Source of the DNA: Octopus sinensis
Lineage: Eukaryota
DNA length: 64,000 bases
Direction of reading: 5' to 3'
Assembly: GCF_006345805.1 (NCBI RefSeq)
Contig: NC_043012.1
Coordinates: 53,506,001 to 53,570,000, forward strand
Below the pieces are notes generated by a model. That model had not been told where the DNA came from. It was given only the letters and a program-made list of their open reading frames with translations, and did not search any database. A program made the translations under genes and the position numbers. Shown piece after piece: positions 1 through 12,230 of the stretch. Positions within the stretch are counted from its first letter, which is position 1; each line of letters begins with the position of its first letter.

Positions 1-516
1 AACTATATGCAAACCTAATGAAAGTCGCATTAAGCTGATGGAGTCTGACTCAGATTTAGAAGAGGCTGTCGAAAACGCTTCTGATGAAGTACAGCGATAT
101 AAAATGGAGAAAAAAATTGCTGAATCAATTGATCCAATACAATGGTGGAAACTTAATGAACATCGATATCCGAGATTGGCATTTTTTGCCAACACTCTTC
201 TGTGCATACCAGCTACCTCAGTTCCGTGTGAACGATTATTTAGCTCTACTGGTTAAATTGTTAAAAAGACGCGCTCATTACTTGAACAAAATACTGTGTG
301 TTTGCGTAATTAGTTAACCAACAGCATTTGAGTGAGAAATGCCTATGCTATTTCTTGCTTTAAACTGAATTTCAATTGAAATATCATAAACTTATTAATA
401 AATGCAACTGCAGACATTTTTGTGTTTTAATCGAAATTACCTATTAATTAATCATTAATCATTAATCATTTCTCAAAAGTTAATTATTAAAATTAAATTA
501 AGCATTACCAGCCCTG
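1..516 (+). mobile_element. Right end of a hAT DNA transposon (5' part lies outside the window)
   Basis: Transposase C-terminus at 38-297, then subterminal (ATTAATC)x3 at about 446-470 and ATTACCAGCCCTG ending at 516 (reverse complement CAGGGCTGGTAAT, a hAT-like CAGGG terminus). Confidence 0.7.
38..297 (+). pseudogene. hAT transposase C-terminal dimerisation domain, disrupted
   Basis: PIQWWKLNEHRYPRLAFFANTLLCIPATSVPCERLFSSTG matches the hAT dimerisation motif (WW...YP.LA..A...L.IPATS...ERLFS). A stop at 254-256 follows, then a frameshifted KTRSLLEQNTV. Confidence 0.85.
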
Positions 517-524
517 ATATATAT

Positions 525-681
525 ACGACGGTCTTCTTTCAGTGTCCGTCTACCAAATCCACTCACAAGGCTTTGGTCGGCCCAAGGCTATAGTAGAAGA
601 CACTTGCTCAAGATTCCACGCAGTGGGACTGAACCCGGAACCATGTGGTTGGGAAGTAATCTTCTTACAACACAGCCACAC
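525..681 (-). mobile_element. SINE family A, tRNA-like head
   Basis: Reverse complement matches the family A head seen at 12231 (...tgtggt..aag...ccaaccacatggttccgggttcagtcccactgcgtgg...ccttgtgagtggatttggtagacgg). Confidence 0.8.
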
Positions 682-814
682 TTAAGTCTATAATGAATAT
701 TTCAATATCTCAAGAAATAGATACTAAAACATCGTTAATGTAACTCGTGCATGTGATGCGAATTTTCTTTTTATTTGGGCTGAGTGCGGCGCTTAATACT
801 GCTTTAAAGAATAA

Positions 815-1200
815 GGCGGTGAGCTGGCAGAATCGTTAACAGGACGGACAAAGTCCCGAGGTGGACTTTGCCTTTCATCACTTTCGAGGTCGTTAAAATA
901 AATACCAACTGAGTAATGGGAAACGATGTAATCGACTTCACCCCTCCCTCGATATTGCATGCTTTGTGCTAAAATTTGAAACCAATATTAGTCTTGGAAT
1001 GGCGGCTAGCAGGTAGAATCATTAGTATGCCAGAGAAAATGTTTAACGACATTTCATGCGTCTTTACATTATGAGTTCAAATTCCGCTGACGTCGGGGGT
1101 CGATAAATTAAGTTCCAGTGAAGTAATGGAGGTCGATGTAATCAACTTAACCCCCTCCCCGGAAACTGCTAGCCTTTTACCAAAATTGGAAACCAGTATT
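815..1200 (+). mobile_element. Two degenerate SINE family B copies in tandem
   Basis: ggcggtgagctggcagaatcgttaac head, ctttgcctttcatc...tcg.taaaataaatacc central block, and ...ccaaaattggaaacca 3' part, present twice. Confidence 0.65.
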
Positions 1201-2460
1201 TCTTTAAAGGAATCCAATTTTCATTTAGTGTCACGATCCGGTTTCAAAATGGCTTGCTTAGAGGTTACATGTTTCGTGCGATTTGCAAACTTCTTCACAA
1301 CCGGTGCTGGTTTTTTACGTCCCCGTAACTCAGCAGCTCGTCAGAAGCGAATGACAGAATAAGCAGCGGAACTTTTTTTAAATAGGTACTGAATTTGTTG
1401 GACCAAACAATTCAGGGTGGTGCCCCAGTATGGCCGCAGCCCAAATACTGAAACAAATAATACATAAAAGTTAAAGATTTATAAATGATCGCATATAATT
1501 ATTTCTCCATTTGTTTATTTTGGATGGCAATTTCCGGAAGATTCTAATCATACTAAGCTGACAAGATGCCAAAATTGTTAAGCACGCCGGGAAAAAAGCA
1601 TGGCGGCATTTCGTCGTTGGCTACGTTCATATTCCGCCGTAGTCGACTTTGCCTTTCGTACTTCCGGGGTCGATAAAATAAGTATCAGTTGAACATTGGG
1701 GTCGATATAATGGTCTTGCCACAACTCCACCTCAAAATTGATGGGCTTGTGCCAAAATTTAAAAGCATTTTACTTATCACTGGTGTCTCTTATGTTTCTA
1801 TAATGCATAAAACATTACATTCACTTAAATAGCGCCAGGTTCGATGAATTTGCTTGAGGAAATGGATCTTCATCGATTTCGACGATGAGTATTTAGCTTT
1901 TTGATCATTCAATCAACTAATCTAGCAGGTCATTGATAGTGTAAGTGGCTGGGTATTCCAAAGAAATTTGCAGCTACGATATATTTCTCAGACGAAATCA
2001 GTGTCACACAGTGTACCAACTCACCTATCAGGTCCTGGGTTCGATCAAACACTGCGGCATGTTGGGAATGTATCTCTCTTCTTTTCACTATAGCTTCATA
2101 TCACTCTAAAGCTTGTGAATGAAACTAGGAAGAAGGAAAGTATGCAGACGCCCGTCGAATGGAATATATCGGTAATCTAAAACTCCAGCCTGGCCACACT
2201 TTGACAGGCTGTATCTACCTGAGAATCACGTTAATTACACGTGTGTCTGGGTAACTATCCAGCTACTTAATCTGTCGTTCAATCAGCAGGTAATGCCGAT
2301 TATTAAAGAAGATAAAGAATCATCAACGCAACTGACGAAGGCCCATCACTTACTATTACATATGTACCTATGCATGTTAGGGGGCAAGTAGGTATTGCCA
2401 AAAATATATATAATATATATACGTATGTATATGCATATTTATATATTTGTATTTATATAT

Positions 2461-2662
2461 TTCTTTACTACCCACAAGGGGCTAAACACAGAGGGGACAA
2501 ACAAGGACAGACAAACGGATTAAGTCGATTACATCGACCCAAGTGCGTAACTGGTACTTAAATTATCGACCCCGAAAGGATGAAAGGCAAAGACGGCCTC
2601 GGCGGAATTTGAGCTCACAACGTAACGACAGACGAAATACGTGCTAACGTTTCTGCCAGCTC
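2461..2662 (-). mobile_element. SINE family B, subtype B1
   Basis: Near-identical to copies at 34565, 35513, 37935, 54178 and 60685 (gagctggcag..cgttagcac...gccgagg....tttgcctttcatcctttcggggtcgat...ccccttgtgggtagtaaagaaa). Confidence 0.85.
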
Positions 2663-2663
2663 G

Positions 2664-2701
<38 letters not shown>

Positions 2702-2785
2702 GTATGTATATATGTATATATATATATACAAATATAATATATATATATGTGTGCGTGTGTATGTACACCAATATATATGTATGCA

Positions 2786-2818
<33 letters not shown>

Positions 2819-2915
2819 CTATGTATATGTGTATGGACATATATGTATATCTATGTATACATATATATATATATATGTATATGTTTGTATATGTTTGTAT
2901 ATGTATATATGTATA

Positions 2916-2970
<55 letters not shown>
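2663..2970. repeat. Compound (TA)n/(TATG)n microsatellite
   Basis: Directly visible; source of the IYIY pseudo-ORFs here. Confidence 0.95.
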
Positions 2971-2974
<4 letters not shown>

Positions 2975-3418
2975 CCTGTGACCGTCTGTTCCTGCGTGTG
3001 TACGCGTATCCATTATTGTATGTGTGTTTATGAGTCTAGGTGTGATCGTCTAATATCTTTTTCCTTCCGATAATATATTTTTATTTAAAGAGAAAAACAC
3101 AAATTCTACATTTCTCGAAACTTTACATTTAGTTTTTTTATATGTATTCAGCGTTAATGTCGGCTTCTGTAATGTCTGTATTAATGTCACTTGCTGTTAT
3201 GCAGGTGTTGCTGATGGTGGTTTAGTTTTATTGGATATATCCAAGGAATCTTTTCAAGAACTTGTAACATCGCATGAATGGAAACATCTTAATATAGATT
3301 CCATGTGTTGATGTCACTCATTTTATGTGTGTTTGGGAATAGACGTACATTCATAAGCATAGCTAACCCTATATATAGAGATAGGTATAGATATATACAT
3401 ACATATATATATATAATA

Positions 3419-3497
<79 letters not shown>

Positions 3498-3583
3498 GTT
3501 GTGTGATATGTTTTGTGTGTATGTTATATATATTGTATAAAATCATAAATACACATATTTTTCATACACAAACACACAAATAA

Positions 3584-3621
<38 letters not shown>

Positions 3622-3748
3622 TATATACATATATATAGAAAGACATATTCATAAGTATATATGTATATAAGTATATATAGACATGTATATATATAAACGT
3701 ATATATGAGTATATATTATTAAGTATATGTATGTAAATGCATAAAAAA

Positions 3749-3781
<33 letters not shown>

Positions 3782-4534
3782 TGTATGCATGTATGTATAT
3801 ATGTACAAGTCAAAATCAGTTGATAACAGATAGGTCAACACAGTGAGAATAAAATACGATAAAGACGATATTAGTTTACGTTTGTGATGAGTAATTGAAA
3901 CGCGTATGGGATTTCTGGACGTTTCGAATATTTGTCTCTTTTCAAAAAGAAAAGATAAAATGCTCAAGAACGAAAGAAACAGAGTGTGTGAGAGAGAGTA
4001 TGAATGAGAGCGCAGAATACATTTTTGAACTATTTGATTGTGGTTCGCTGAAATGCTAAAATTCAGGAGTATGTGGTTCGATGAGGTGAAATCAGGAAGT
4101 GATATGTTGGCTGTTATATATGCAAGACAAATTAAGCAAATATTATTTTCGCGCCAACCTATAATTTGTGAGTGAATTTCAGGAGACGCCATGTTTGTAG
4201 AATGTTGTCGAATACGACGTATTTGTATTTTAAAAACCCATTCTTATCACAATATGCCATGCTAGTTCGAACCGAAGAGTTATGTTAAGACCGCTGCGGT
4301 TAATCGATGTGCCTCATAATTTAGTTGATCGAGAAATTGAAAATTCATGATCGAATATCTTAACCGATATTCATGGGAGACTGCATATGTTTATATGTGT
4401 ATGTGTGGGTATGCATGTTTATGTAATACTTATATACATGTGTGTGTATGTGTGTGTGTGTGTGTGTGTATACACATGATATGTATATATAAATACATGT
4501 ATATATAAATACATGTATATATTCGTTTGTTCGT

Positions 4535-4850
4535 TTATTCTTTTAGTTGTTTCAGCTATTTGACTGCGGTCATACTGGAGCACCGCCTTTAGTCGAAGAA
4601 ATCGACCGCAGGCCTTATGCTTTGTAAGCTTTGTGCTTATTCTATTGGCCTCTTTTGCCGAACCGCCAAGTTACGGGAACATAAACACACTAACATCGGT
4701 TGTCAAACGATGGTGGGGAGGGAGCAAACACACTCGCACACACATGCAGAAATGTATTTATATATATACGGCAGGCTTCTTTAAGTTTCCGTCTACCAAA
4801 TCTACTTGCGAGCCCTTGGTCGGCCCGAAGCTATAGTACTAGACACCTGT
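4535..4850 (-). mobile_element. SINE family A (3' tail, internal CA/TA tract, part of head)
   Basis: tttgactgcgg.cat.ctggagcaccgcctttagtcga...gccgaaccg..aagttacggg.ac.taaacac tail joined through a microsatellite to acggcaggcttc...ccgtctaccaaat. Confidence 0.8.
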
Positions 4851-5167
4851 GTGTCTAGTACTATAGAGTGTGTGTGTTCGTGCGTCTGTGTGTGTGTGTG
4901 TGCGCGCGTGTGTGCGCGTTTGTGTGTGAGTACATGTGCGTATGTATGCATATATGTAATTGTGTATATATTTTTGTGCTTGTGTTTGACCCCATTATCA
5001 AATGACAGCCATTGTTGGTTTGTTTATATCCTGCAGTTTAACGTTACGGCAAAAAGGCAATAATAAATGGATTTTACAAAAGTATTGGGTTTGATCTGTT
5101 AGCCTAAAGAATTGAAGGCTGGGCCCCAGCATGCTCCTTGTCCAATAACCGAAAGAAGTAAAAGAAA

Positions 5168-5194
5168 AGATAGATAGATAGATAGATAGAAAGA

Positions 5195-5255
<61 letters not shown>

Positions 5256-5268
5256 AAGAGAGAGAGAG

Positions 5269-5304
<36 letters not shown>

Positions 5305-5310
5305 GACAGA
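5168..5310. repeat. (GATA)n-(GA)n-(GACA)n microsatellite
   Basis: Directly visible. Confidence 0.95.
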
Positions 5311-5314
5311 TATG

Positions 5315-5700
5315 TTTCTTTATTAGCCACACAGGGCTGCACACAGACGGGACAGATTACAAAGTAGAGCTTTTCTTTTTGGGGGGAGAGAAAAAAAGGG
5401 TGTGTTAGGTTTTCGATCAAAAGCGATCGTAAAAGGGAAAGAAGAAAAAAAAATGGGGGGAACGATCAATAGGGATCATGTATCACAGTGGCATGGTGTA
5501 AAGTGTAAAATGGGAAGCAGATAAGGTTTATCCGTGGGAAGAAAAGCCTACGGAAAAGACCACGGTAAACTCGGTCAATGATGTTACATGTTACCACATT
5601 TGTTTGCAAGTAGGTAACCCTTTGTAGTAAGATGTAAGTATTAGTTAGATTTAGCCCTGATGAGGGGAATTCAGCAGGAGAATTCAACCTATGGAGATCG
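5315..5700 (-). mobile_element. Probable 3' end of a LINE-like element, family unassigned
   Basis: Minus strand has a short open frame (5466-5687), then a T-rich UTR ending ...tgtcccgtctgtgtgcagccctgtgtggctAATAAAgaaa. No diagnostic domain recognised. Confidence 0.4.
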
Positions 5701-7046
5701 AAGAACCCATAAAAGGAACGAACATATGTATCAGTATATTAACCACCATTTAATTAGCCTCGTTCATCAGGCCCTGTGTTGAGGCATTTCAAGTAATAGA
5801 ACGTATTCTCAACCTCATAAATAGCAGTCAGCACCAAAATACTATTTAGCTTCTACCACCACTTTACCCTATTAATAAGAATCTCTAGTAGAGTTTGTAT
5901 CTGTATAATTCTTTCTCCCCCATGGTTTTGGAAAAGTTTATTAAGTTGGAAGAACAATTTATACGTGTAATTTAATAAGATGTATTATATGAAACATATA
6001 TGAAAACTAATAATAATGCTAGTTATACTTATTAAGAAGCTCAACGATTTTTAGTGGAATACTTAACAAGACATGTCATTTGTCACTTTACATCTGTAAA
6101 CGACTTGTGAATTAGGATTTTATATTTACAAAAGCAAAATACACTGTTTTACATAAACATGTTAAGCAAAAAGGAATGGGAGTTCATATAGTACTATAAA
6201 TCCTCGGGTATAGTCTGCCCTTGAGTATAATATGCAGGGGGTGTTTAGGGGGCGGGGTTGTACCTCTGAAAAACCTAAACCTTGTGTATAATACGCACCA
6301 ATTCTCTAACTTAAGTCGTGCGTAATTAAGCCAGCAGCACCTAGTCGAACAAACACTTCTGCGCATGCATCATACAGTAATGGTGATGTTCTTAACTCTT
6401 ATATGGGAATGTAAATATGTTTGCAAACTGTTTTTGTTACATGTTATTCTGTGTTCTGAATACTTTTATTTTAATAAATGGTGCTTACTGCAAGTTATGG
6501 ATGATTCTTTTATGACTTCATAGCTTTCACGCTTAGCTTAATGTATTTCCCCGCCCGATATCACAAAATGCGTCTGAATAAACATTGCTAGAGAAGCAAA
6601 TAGAGACTCAGACATTGCTTAGAAAATATTTTCTTCATTTTTAGCCTCGGATATAGTACACACTAGGGATTTTGAACTTTAAATTTTGGGAAAAAATGTG
6701 GATTATACCCGAGGATTTACGGTATTCTTTAAGCATGTTGAGTACTGTTGAGTAGATATGAATTCATATTAAGGCTGAAATGACATTTGGAAAGATATTG
6801 CTGAATTTCAAAACAGTTTTACGTTGCAAACAAAATTAATAGAATATTTTGTTTTTTGTAGTAGTATCAAACCATGGCATAAGATGAACTCAATATTGTA
6901 AGCGCAGTATTATAGAAAAATATTCATATATTCTCCAACAGATTGGGAGGACATCATAAGAAAATGCATCTACAAAATGTTGGTAAATATACGGGGTCCA
7001 TACCAACTTTTAAATACAACAAAAATGCAATAGTCAAATGATATTT

Positions 7047-7254
7047 TTTCCAGGGGTATGTTTTGCAATGCGGTGATTCTGTACATTTTCAGTTACAGTC
7101 AAAGCAATTACTGAAAGATTTTTCAACACACTAAAGCTAGTCAAGTACTTTTTGAGAATCACAATGATAGATGAAAGAGTGAGCAAGCTAAATGTCTTAG
7201 ATATTGAGAGCGATCATGAGGGGAAATTTCACATAAGTAATTTAATGCGCCCTG
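7047..7254 (+). pseudogene. hAT (Tip100/ZMYM1-like) transposase C-terminal fragment
   Basis: Hand translation FPGVCFAMR*FCTFSVTVKAITERFFNTLKLVKYFLRITMIDERVSKLNVLDIESD fits the motif FP....LR...TLPVT.A..ERSFS.LK..K.YLR.TM..ERL..L..L.IE. A possible terminus GCGCCCTG ends at 7254. Confidence 0.7.
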
Positions 7255-7384
7255 ATTTAGACACACGGATAATTTTGAGGGGTAGAGCTTAATCTACTCC
7301 AAAAGGATGACGGCCGAAGAACTGGAAGAAAAGCGGCTGTACATCCTAGATACCCATAAAAAAAATAAAAGAAGCTGATACAGG

Positions 7385-7580
7385 ATTCTATAGGGATGAC
7401 GGTCTTGAAATGTTACATAACATAAACGGATACTATATAGATATGATAAGGAAAAAATTATGCAAAATATTTAGCCAACTAAATGTAAGAACTACATTTA
7501 ATACTAACCATAAAGAAGTCAATTTCTTTGATATTAACATGAACCTTAGTACATGTAAATATAAACTCTATCATAAACCC
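7385..7580 (+). pseudogene. Penelope-like reverse transcriptase fragment
   Basis: GFYRDDGLEMLHNING...KKLCKIFSQLNV...KEVNFFDINMNLSTCKYKLYHKP: catalytic YRDDGL motif, then a FLD-like motif and Y..YHKP. Confidence 0.7.
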
Positions 7581-8177
7581 TTCCTTGTTTTTCTGTTTTG
7601 TTGATTTGGTAGTGTATTTTCCAAATAAACTAACTCCTCCAAGATTTCCAAATAAAACAATTTCAATTTGAAGCCTTCCTATAGAAATGAGTGGGCCAGT
7701 CGATGTCTCTTCTCCAAGAGTAGACTGGAAGCTCTCTTACTTATTTCGGATACCAGATCCTTCATTATGCCATTAGGGCTTTGAGCATCTATATGGATAC
7801 AACTAGCAAATCGCGTAAGTTATTTACAACAAAGTTACTGCAAATTCCAAAATATTTCCATTTTTGCGTAAGTTTGAATGGATATGTAAAGATTATACTT
7901 CCAGTAGGGTGATCGTGTTATTTCATTTATACCACCCTGATATGAGTCACGGATTGTAACACTGAGGCAACATATTCCAGCAGAAAAAATAAGGTCAGTA
8001 AATATTTCACTAACATTCGCGAGCAATAATTTGAAAAACATCATTAGGATAGCTAATGAACAAGAATAGAGATGGGAAATACAGCTGCTACAAGTCTCTA
8101 AACAAGGAACATCGGTCATTCCAAGTTAATACTACAATAAAATGTATGCCCCTTTAGTGAGAGAAATTTGTACATAT

Positions 8178-8385
8178 AAGGCGGCGAAATGCTTAACCGT
8201 ATTTCGTCTGCCGTTACGTTGTGTTCAAATTCCGCCGAGGTGGACTTTGCCTTTCATCCTTTCGGGGTCAATAAATTAAGTACCAGTTATGTATTTGGGT
8301 CGATGTAATCGACTTAATTCCTTGGTCTGTCCTTGTTTGTCCCCTCTATGTTTAGCCCCTTGTGGGTGATAAATAAATAAGAAAT
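8178..8385 (+). mobile_element. SINE family B1, internally deleted head
   Basis: Matches the B1 consensus from gtatttcgtctgccgttacg to ccccttgtgggtga...aataagaaa. Confidence 0.8.
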
Positions 8386-8922
8386 TTTTACATGTGAACT
8401 TGAAACGAAAACCAGAGACCGTAGAAAGAATAACACACTAAACGCTAAACATGGAAGATCGACAAAGACATCTTCATCGCATACGTTCTTGCGCTAAAGA
8501 TAAGAAATGTTGGCACAATGTCAAAGAATGGTAGCTATAACAAAACCCACACCGGAGCTATCAGAAAACATCATTGACGACATGGAGAGTTTGTCTTCAA
8601 GACTGTTTATTCTCATGAGGAATGAAGTTGAAGCAGCAGCAATATGGAATGGATTGAGAAAGAAAAGCAATTCATAACAAATAAACGAAAACTCTGTGAG
8701 ACACATGAATCAAAATAATATCAGCAGAATCTAGGAAGTAAGAGACCAAACTGAAATTCATCCGACGAGTTATTGTTGTCTGTGATTACAGAAAAACAGC
8801 AACCCACTTGGAAATCAGCAACCCACTTGGCCAAATATTGTAAGAAAAGTATAGGAGGGAAAAGACAATGGACCATTTGTGACGAATCTGCAAACCCAGT
8901 AGGCAAAGTAAACTTTCGGTTC

Positions 8923-8924
<2 letters not shown>

Positions 8925-8994
<70 letters not shown>

Positions 8995-9020
8995 TATCAT
9001 CATCATCATCATCATCATCA

Positions 9021-9072
<52 letters not shown>

Positions 9073-9090
9073 CATCATTATTATTATTGT
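8925..9090. repeat. (ATT)n/(ATC)n microsatellite
   Basis: Directly visible. Confidence 0.95.
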
Positions 9091-9637
9091 AATAACAGGA
9101 TAGTTAGCAGCCTGCGTGAACCAAATTATGCTTGAAACTCTGTGCTTAGAGAGAGACTATAGTTCCATTATTCATAGGTTACTTAAGGCGTCCAGCAAGC
9201 GGAAGCGTGAGCACGCCAGACAAAATGTTACGCGGCATGTCTTCTGGCTTTGCATTCTGATTTCAAGTATGTCAATTTTGAGTTTGCTTTTTATCATTTC
9301 GGGATCGATAAAATAAGTACCGGTTGAGTACTGAGGTCGATGTAGCCGACACCAAAATTACAGGCCTGTTTTGCCTGTAGTGGAAAGAGTTATTCATACA
9401 TAACTTGTAAAGATGTACCTCTGATAACAAAACTGTAAGTCCTTCCTCAATTTTACCTGGTGAATGGTGGAGCAATATACTGCGAAAGGAACAACATGAA
9501 TATTTTCCATGAAAAGTGTGTCTTTCACAACCTCGACACCGAGTAGAACGCCCATTAGAACAGTCTGCAAAATACACGGAGTGGAATATATACAAATTCA
9601 AAGATATATCAATAAATACAAACACACACACACACAA

Positions 9638-9688
<51 letters not shown>

Positions 9689-9754
9689 GATGTATACATA
9701 AATATAGGGATATGTGTATGTGTGTATGCGTGTATATATATATATATATAAAAT

Positions 9755-9978
9755 AAACGCGCCCTTTTAAAGCCTTTCTATGGCGTATGTGTTCCCCAGC
9801 TGGACGGGACGACAGTCCATCGCAGCGGTACTCACTTTTGCCAGCTGAGTGGACTGGGCGAACGTGAAAGGAATTGTTTTGTTCAAGAGCACAACGCGTC
9901 GCCCGGTCCAGGAATCGAAACCACAATCTTACGATCATGATGCTGACACCCTAACGACTAAACCACGCGCCTCCACAA
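9755..9978 (-). mobile_element. tRNA-headed SINE (E-type core with the D2 tail)
   Basis: Reverse complement: gtggaggcgcgtggtttagtcgttagggtg...ggtttcgattcctggaccgggcg...tgtgctcttgaacaa...cactcagctg; tail catacgccatagaaa...aaaagggcg shared with 40421-40720. Confidence 0.7.
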
Positions 9979-10173
9979 ATGTATGTGTGTATATATATAT
10001 ATTATATATATATAATATATATAATATATATAATATATAATATATATATATAATATATATATTATATATATTATATATATTATATATATATAATATATAT
10101 ATATATATTATATATATATATATATTATATATATATATTATATATATATATTATATATATTATATATATATAT

Positions 10174-10218
<45 letters not shown>

Positions 10219-10239
10219 TATTTAATAAATAGGGTTCAT

Positions 10240-10634
10240 AGTAATACTTAATAAATAGGGTTCAGCAAAGATTTGCTTTACCACATACCGAAATTTAGAG
10301 ATAGCAGCCAAAAAACGTTAGCTATTTCTTCTACTTTAAAAAGGGACTCCCAGAAAAACCAAAATACTTGAAAACAATCACACAGGCAGAGAGGAAAAGT
10401 AACGAAAATCAATCAATATATGGTCACCTATGGACGCGCGTTTCGAATTAATTGATATTGATTGATTTTCGTTACTTTTCCTCTCTGTCTGTGTGATTGT
10501 TTTTAAGTATTTTGGTTTTTCTGGGAGTCCCTTTTTAAAGTAGAAGAAATAGCTAACGTTTTTTGGCTGCTATCTCTAAATTTCGGTATGTGGTAAAGCA
10601 AATCTTTGCTGAACCCTATTTATTAAGTATTACT
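10240..10634. repeat. Fold-back element copy 1 (about 180-bp inverted arms, 35-nt spacer)
   Basis: Arm 10240-10419 pairs with 10455-10634 with only a few mismatches; spacer atggtcacctatggacgcgcgtttcgaattaattg. Confidence 0.95.
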
Positions 10635-10756
10635 TATGTTTACCATGAAATGGTCCTTTTTTCATGCCGGATTCTGCTTGGTGAAATTATTGATTAATTC
10701 TTAATTAATTAATTTTACCCTTTGTTACTATTGATATATATATATACATATATATG

Positions 10757-10815
<59 letters not shown>

Positions 10816-10833
10816 TATTTAATAAATAGGGTT

Positions 10834-11235
10834 CATAAGTAATACTTAATAAATAGGGTTCAGCAAAGATTTGCTTTACCACATACCGAAATTTAGAGAT
10901 AGCAGCCAAAAAACGTTAGCTATTTCTTCTACTTAAAAAGGGACTCCCAGAAAAACCAAAATACTTGAAAACAATCACACAGGCAGAGAGGAAAAGTAAC
11001 GAAAATCAATCAATATATGGTCACCTATGGACGCGCGTTTCGAATTAATTGATATTGATTGATTTTCGTTACTTTTCCTCTCTGTCTGTGTGATTGTTTT
11101 TAAGTATTTTGGTTTTTCTGGGAGTCCCTTTTTAAAGTAGAAGAAATAGCTAACGTTTTTTGGCTGCTATCTCTAAATTTCGGTATGTGGTAAAGCAAAT
11201 CTTTGCTGAACCCTATTTATTAAGTATTACTTATG
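10834..11235. repeat. Fold-back element copy 2 (tandem duplicate, period about 600 bp)
   Basis: Arms 10834-11016 and 11052-11235, identical spacer; differs from copy 1 by a few small indels. Confidence 0.95.
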
Positions 11236-11389
11236 TTTACCATGAAATGGTCCTTTTTTCATGCCGGATTCTGCTTGGTGATGAAATTATTGATTAATTC
11301 TTAATTAATTAATTTTACCCTTTGTTACTATTGATATATATATATACATATATATGTATATATATATATATAATATATATAATATATAT

Positions 11390-11432
<43 letters not shown>

Positions 11433-11510
11433 TACATACATATACATATACATACATATATATATATATATACATATATATATCACCACCACCACTACCA
11501 TGATCACCAT

Positions 11511-11790
11511 GACCGACCAGGCTATCAGATGTTGCTATACATCGCTGGTCACAATGCGCTTCGCATTGTTTTAGCCTTCAAATGACGCCACCCCGCAGGC
11601 TAAGCGAGCAGGCCAACAGAAGAAAGAGTAAGAGAAAGTTGTGGCGAAAAATTACAGTAGGGATCGCCACCACCCCCTGCCGGAGCCTCGTGGAGCTTTA
11701 GGTGTTTTCGCTCAATAAACACTCACAACGCCCGGCCTAGGAATCGAAACCGCGATCCTACGACCGCGAGTCCGCTGCCCTAACCACTGT
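11511..11790 (-). mobile_element. SINE family D body with alternative tail D3
   Basis: Reverse complement: cagtggttagggcagcggactcgcggtcgtaggatcgcggtttcgattcc...gtgagtgtttattgagcgaaaacacctaaagctccacgaggctccggcagggg, as at 55623-56001, but with a different 3' segment. Confidence 0.8.
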
Positions 11791-12230
11791 ATATATATAC
11801 ATGATCGACCAGCACGCGTATATGAATGTTTATGAGTAGTTTTATGCATGCGCCTCCATTCGTAAATTTGCTATTTGTACTTGTATATTGCAACGATGTT
11901 TGTATATTGAGTGTGATTCTTCAAAAAGAGGTCTTTTTCTCTATAAATAAATTCCGTATGTCTGAGCGATAATAATAGTTACGTGTCAAAGCATCGTAGC
12001 AGTTTTGAATGAAAAAAGTTTTCTAGTTTAATTGATATTCTAGTCACAAAGACTGTGAAGTAGAGAGAATAAAAGACAATTTATTGCAATTCTTTTATTT
12101 CATAGACGGAATGGTAAAAGAAACTTTTATAACCATTTTGTTTCATCCATTCGAAAAAGATTTTGAAACACTGACCGTATCAACCACCCTCTACATAGTC
12201 GCACTGCATGCTAGAAAAAGTAACCAAATA

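Noticed and set aside
5655-5710. CUGAUGA-G followed by a gaauuc hairpin
   Set aside because: No GAAA, stem III or GUH follows; not a supportable hammerhead.
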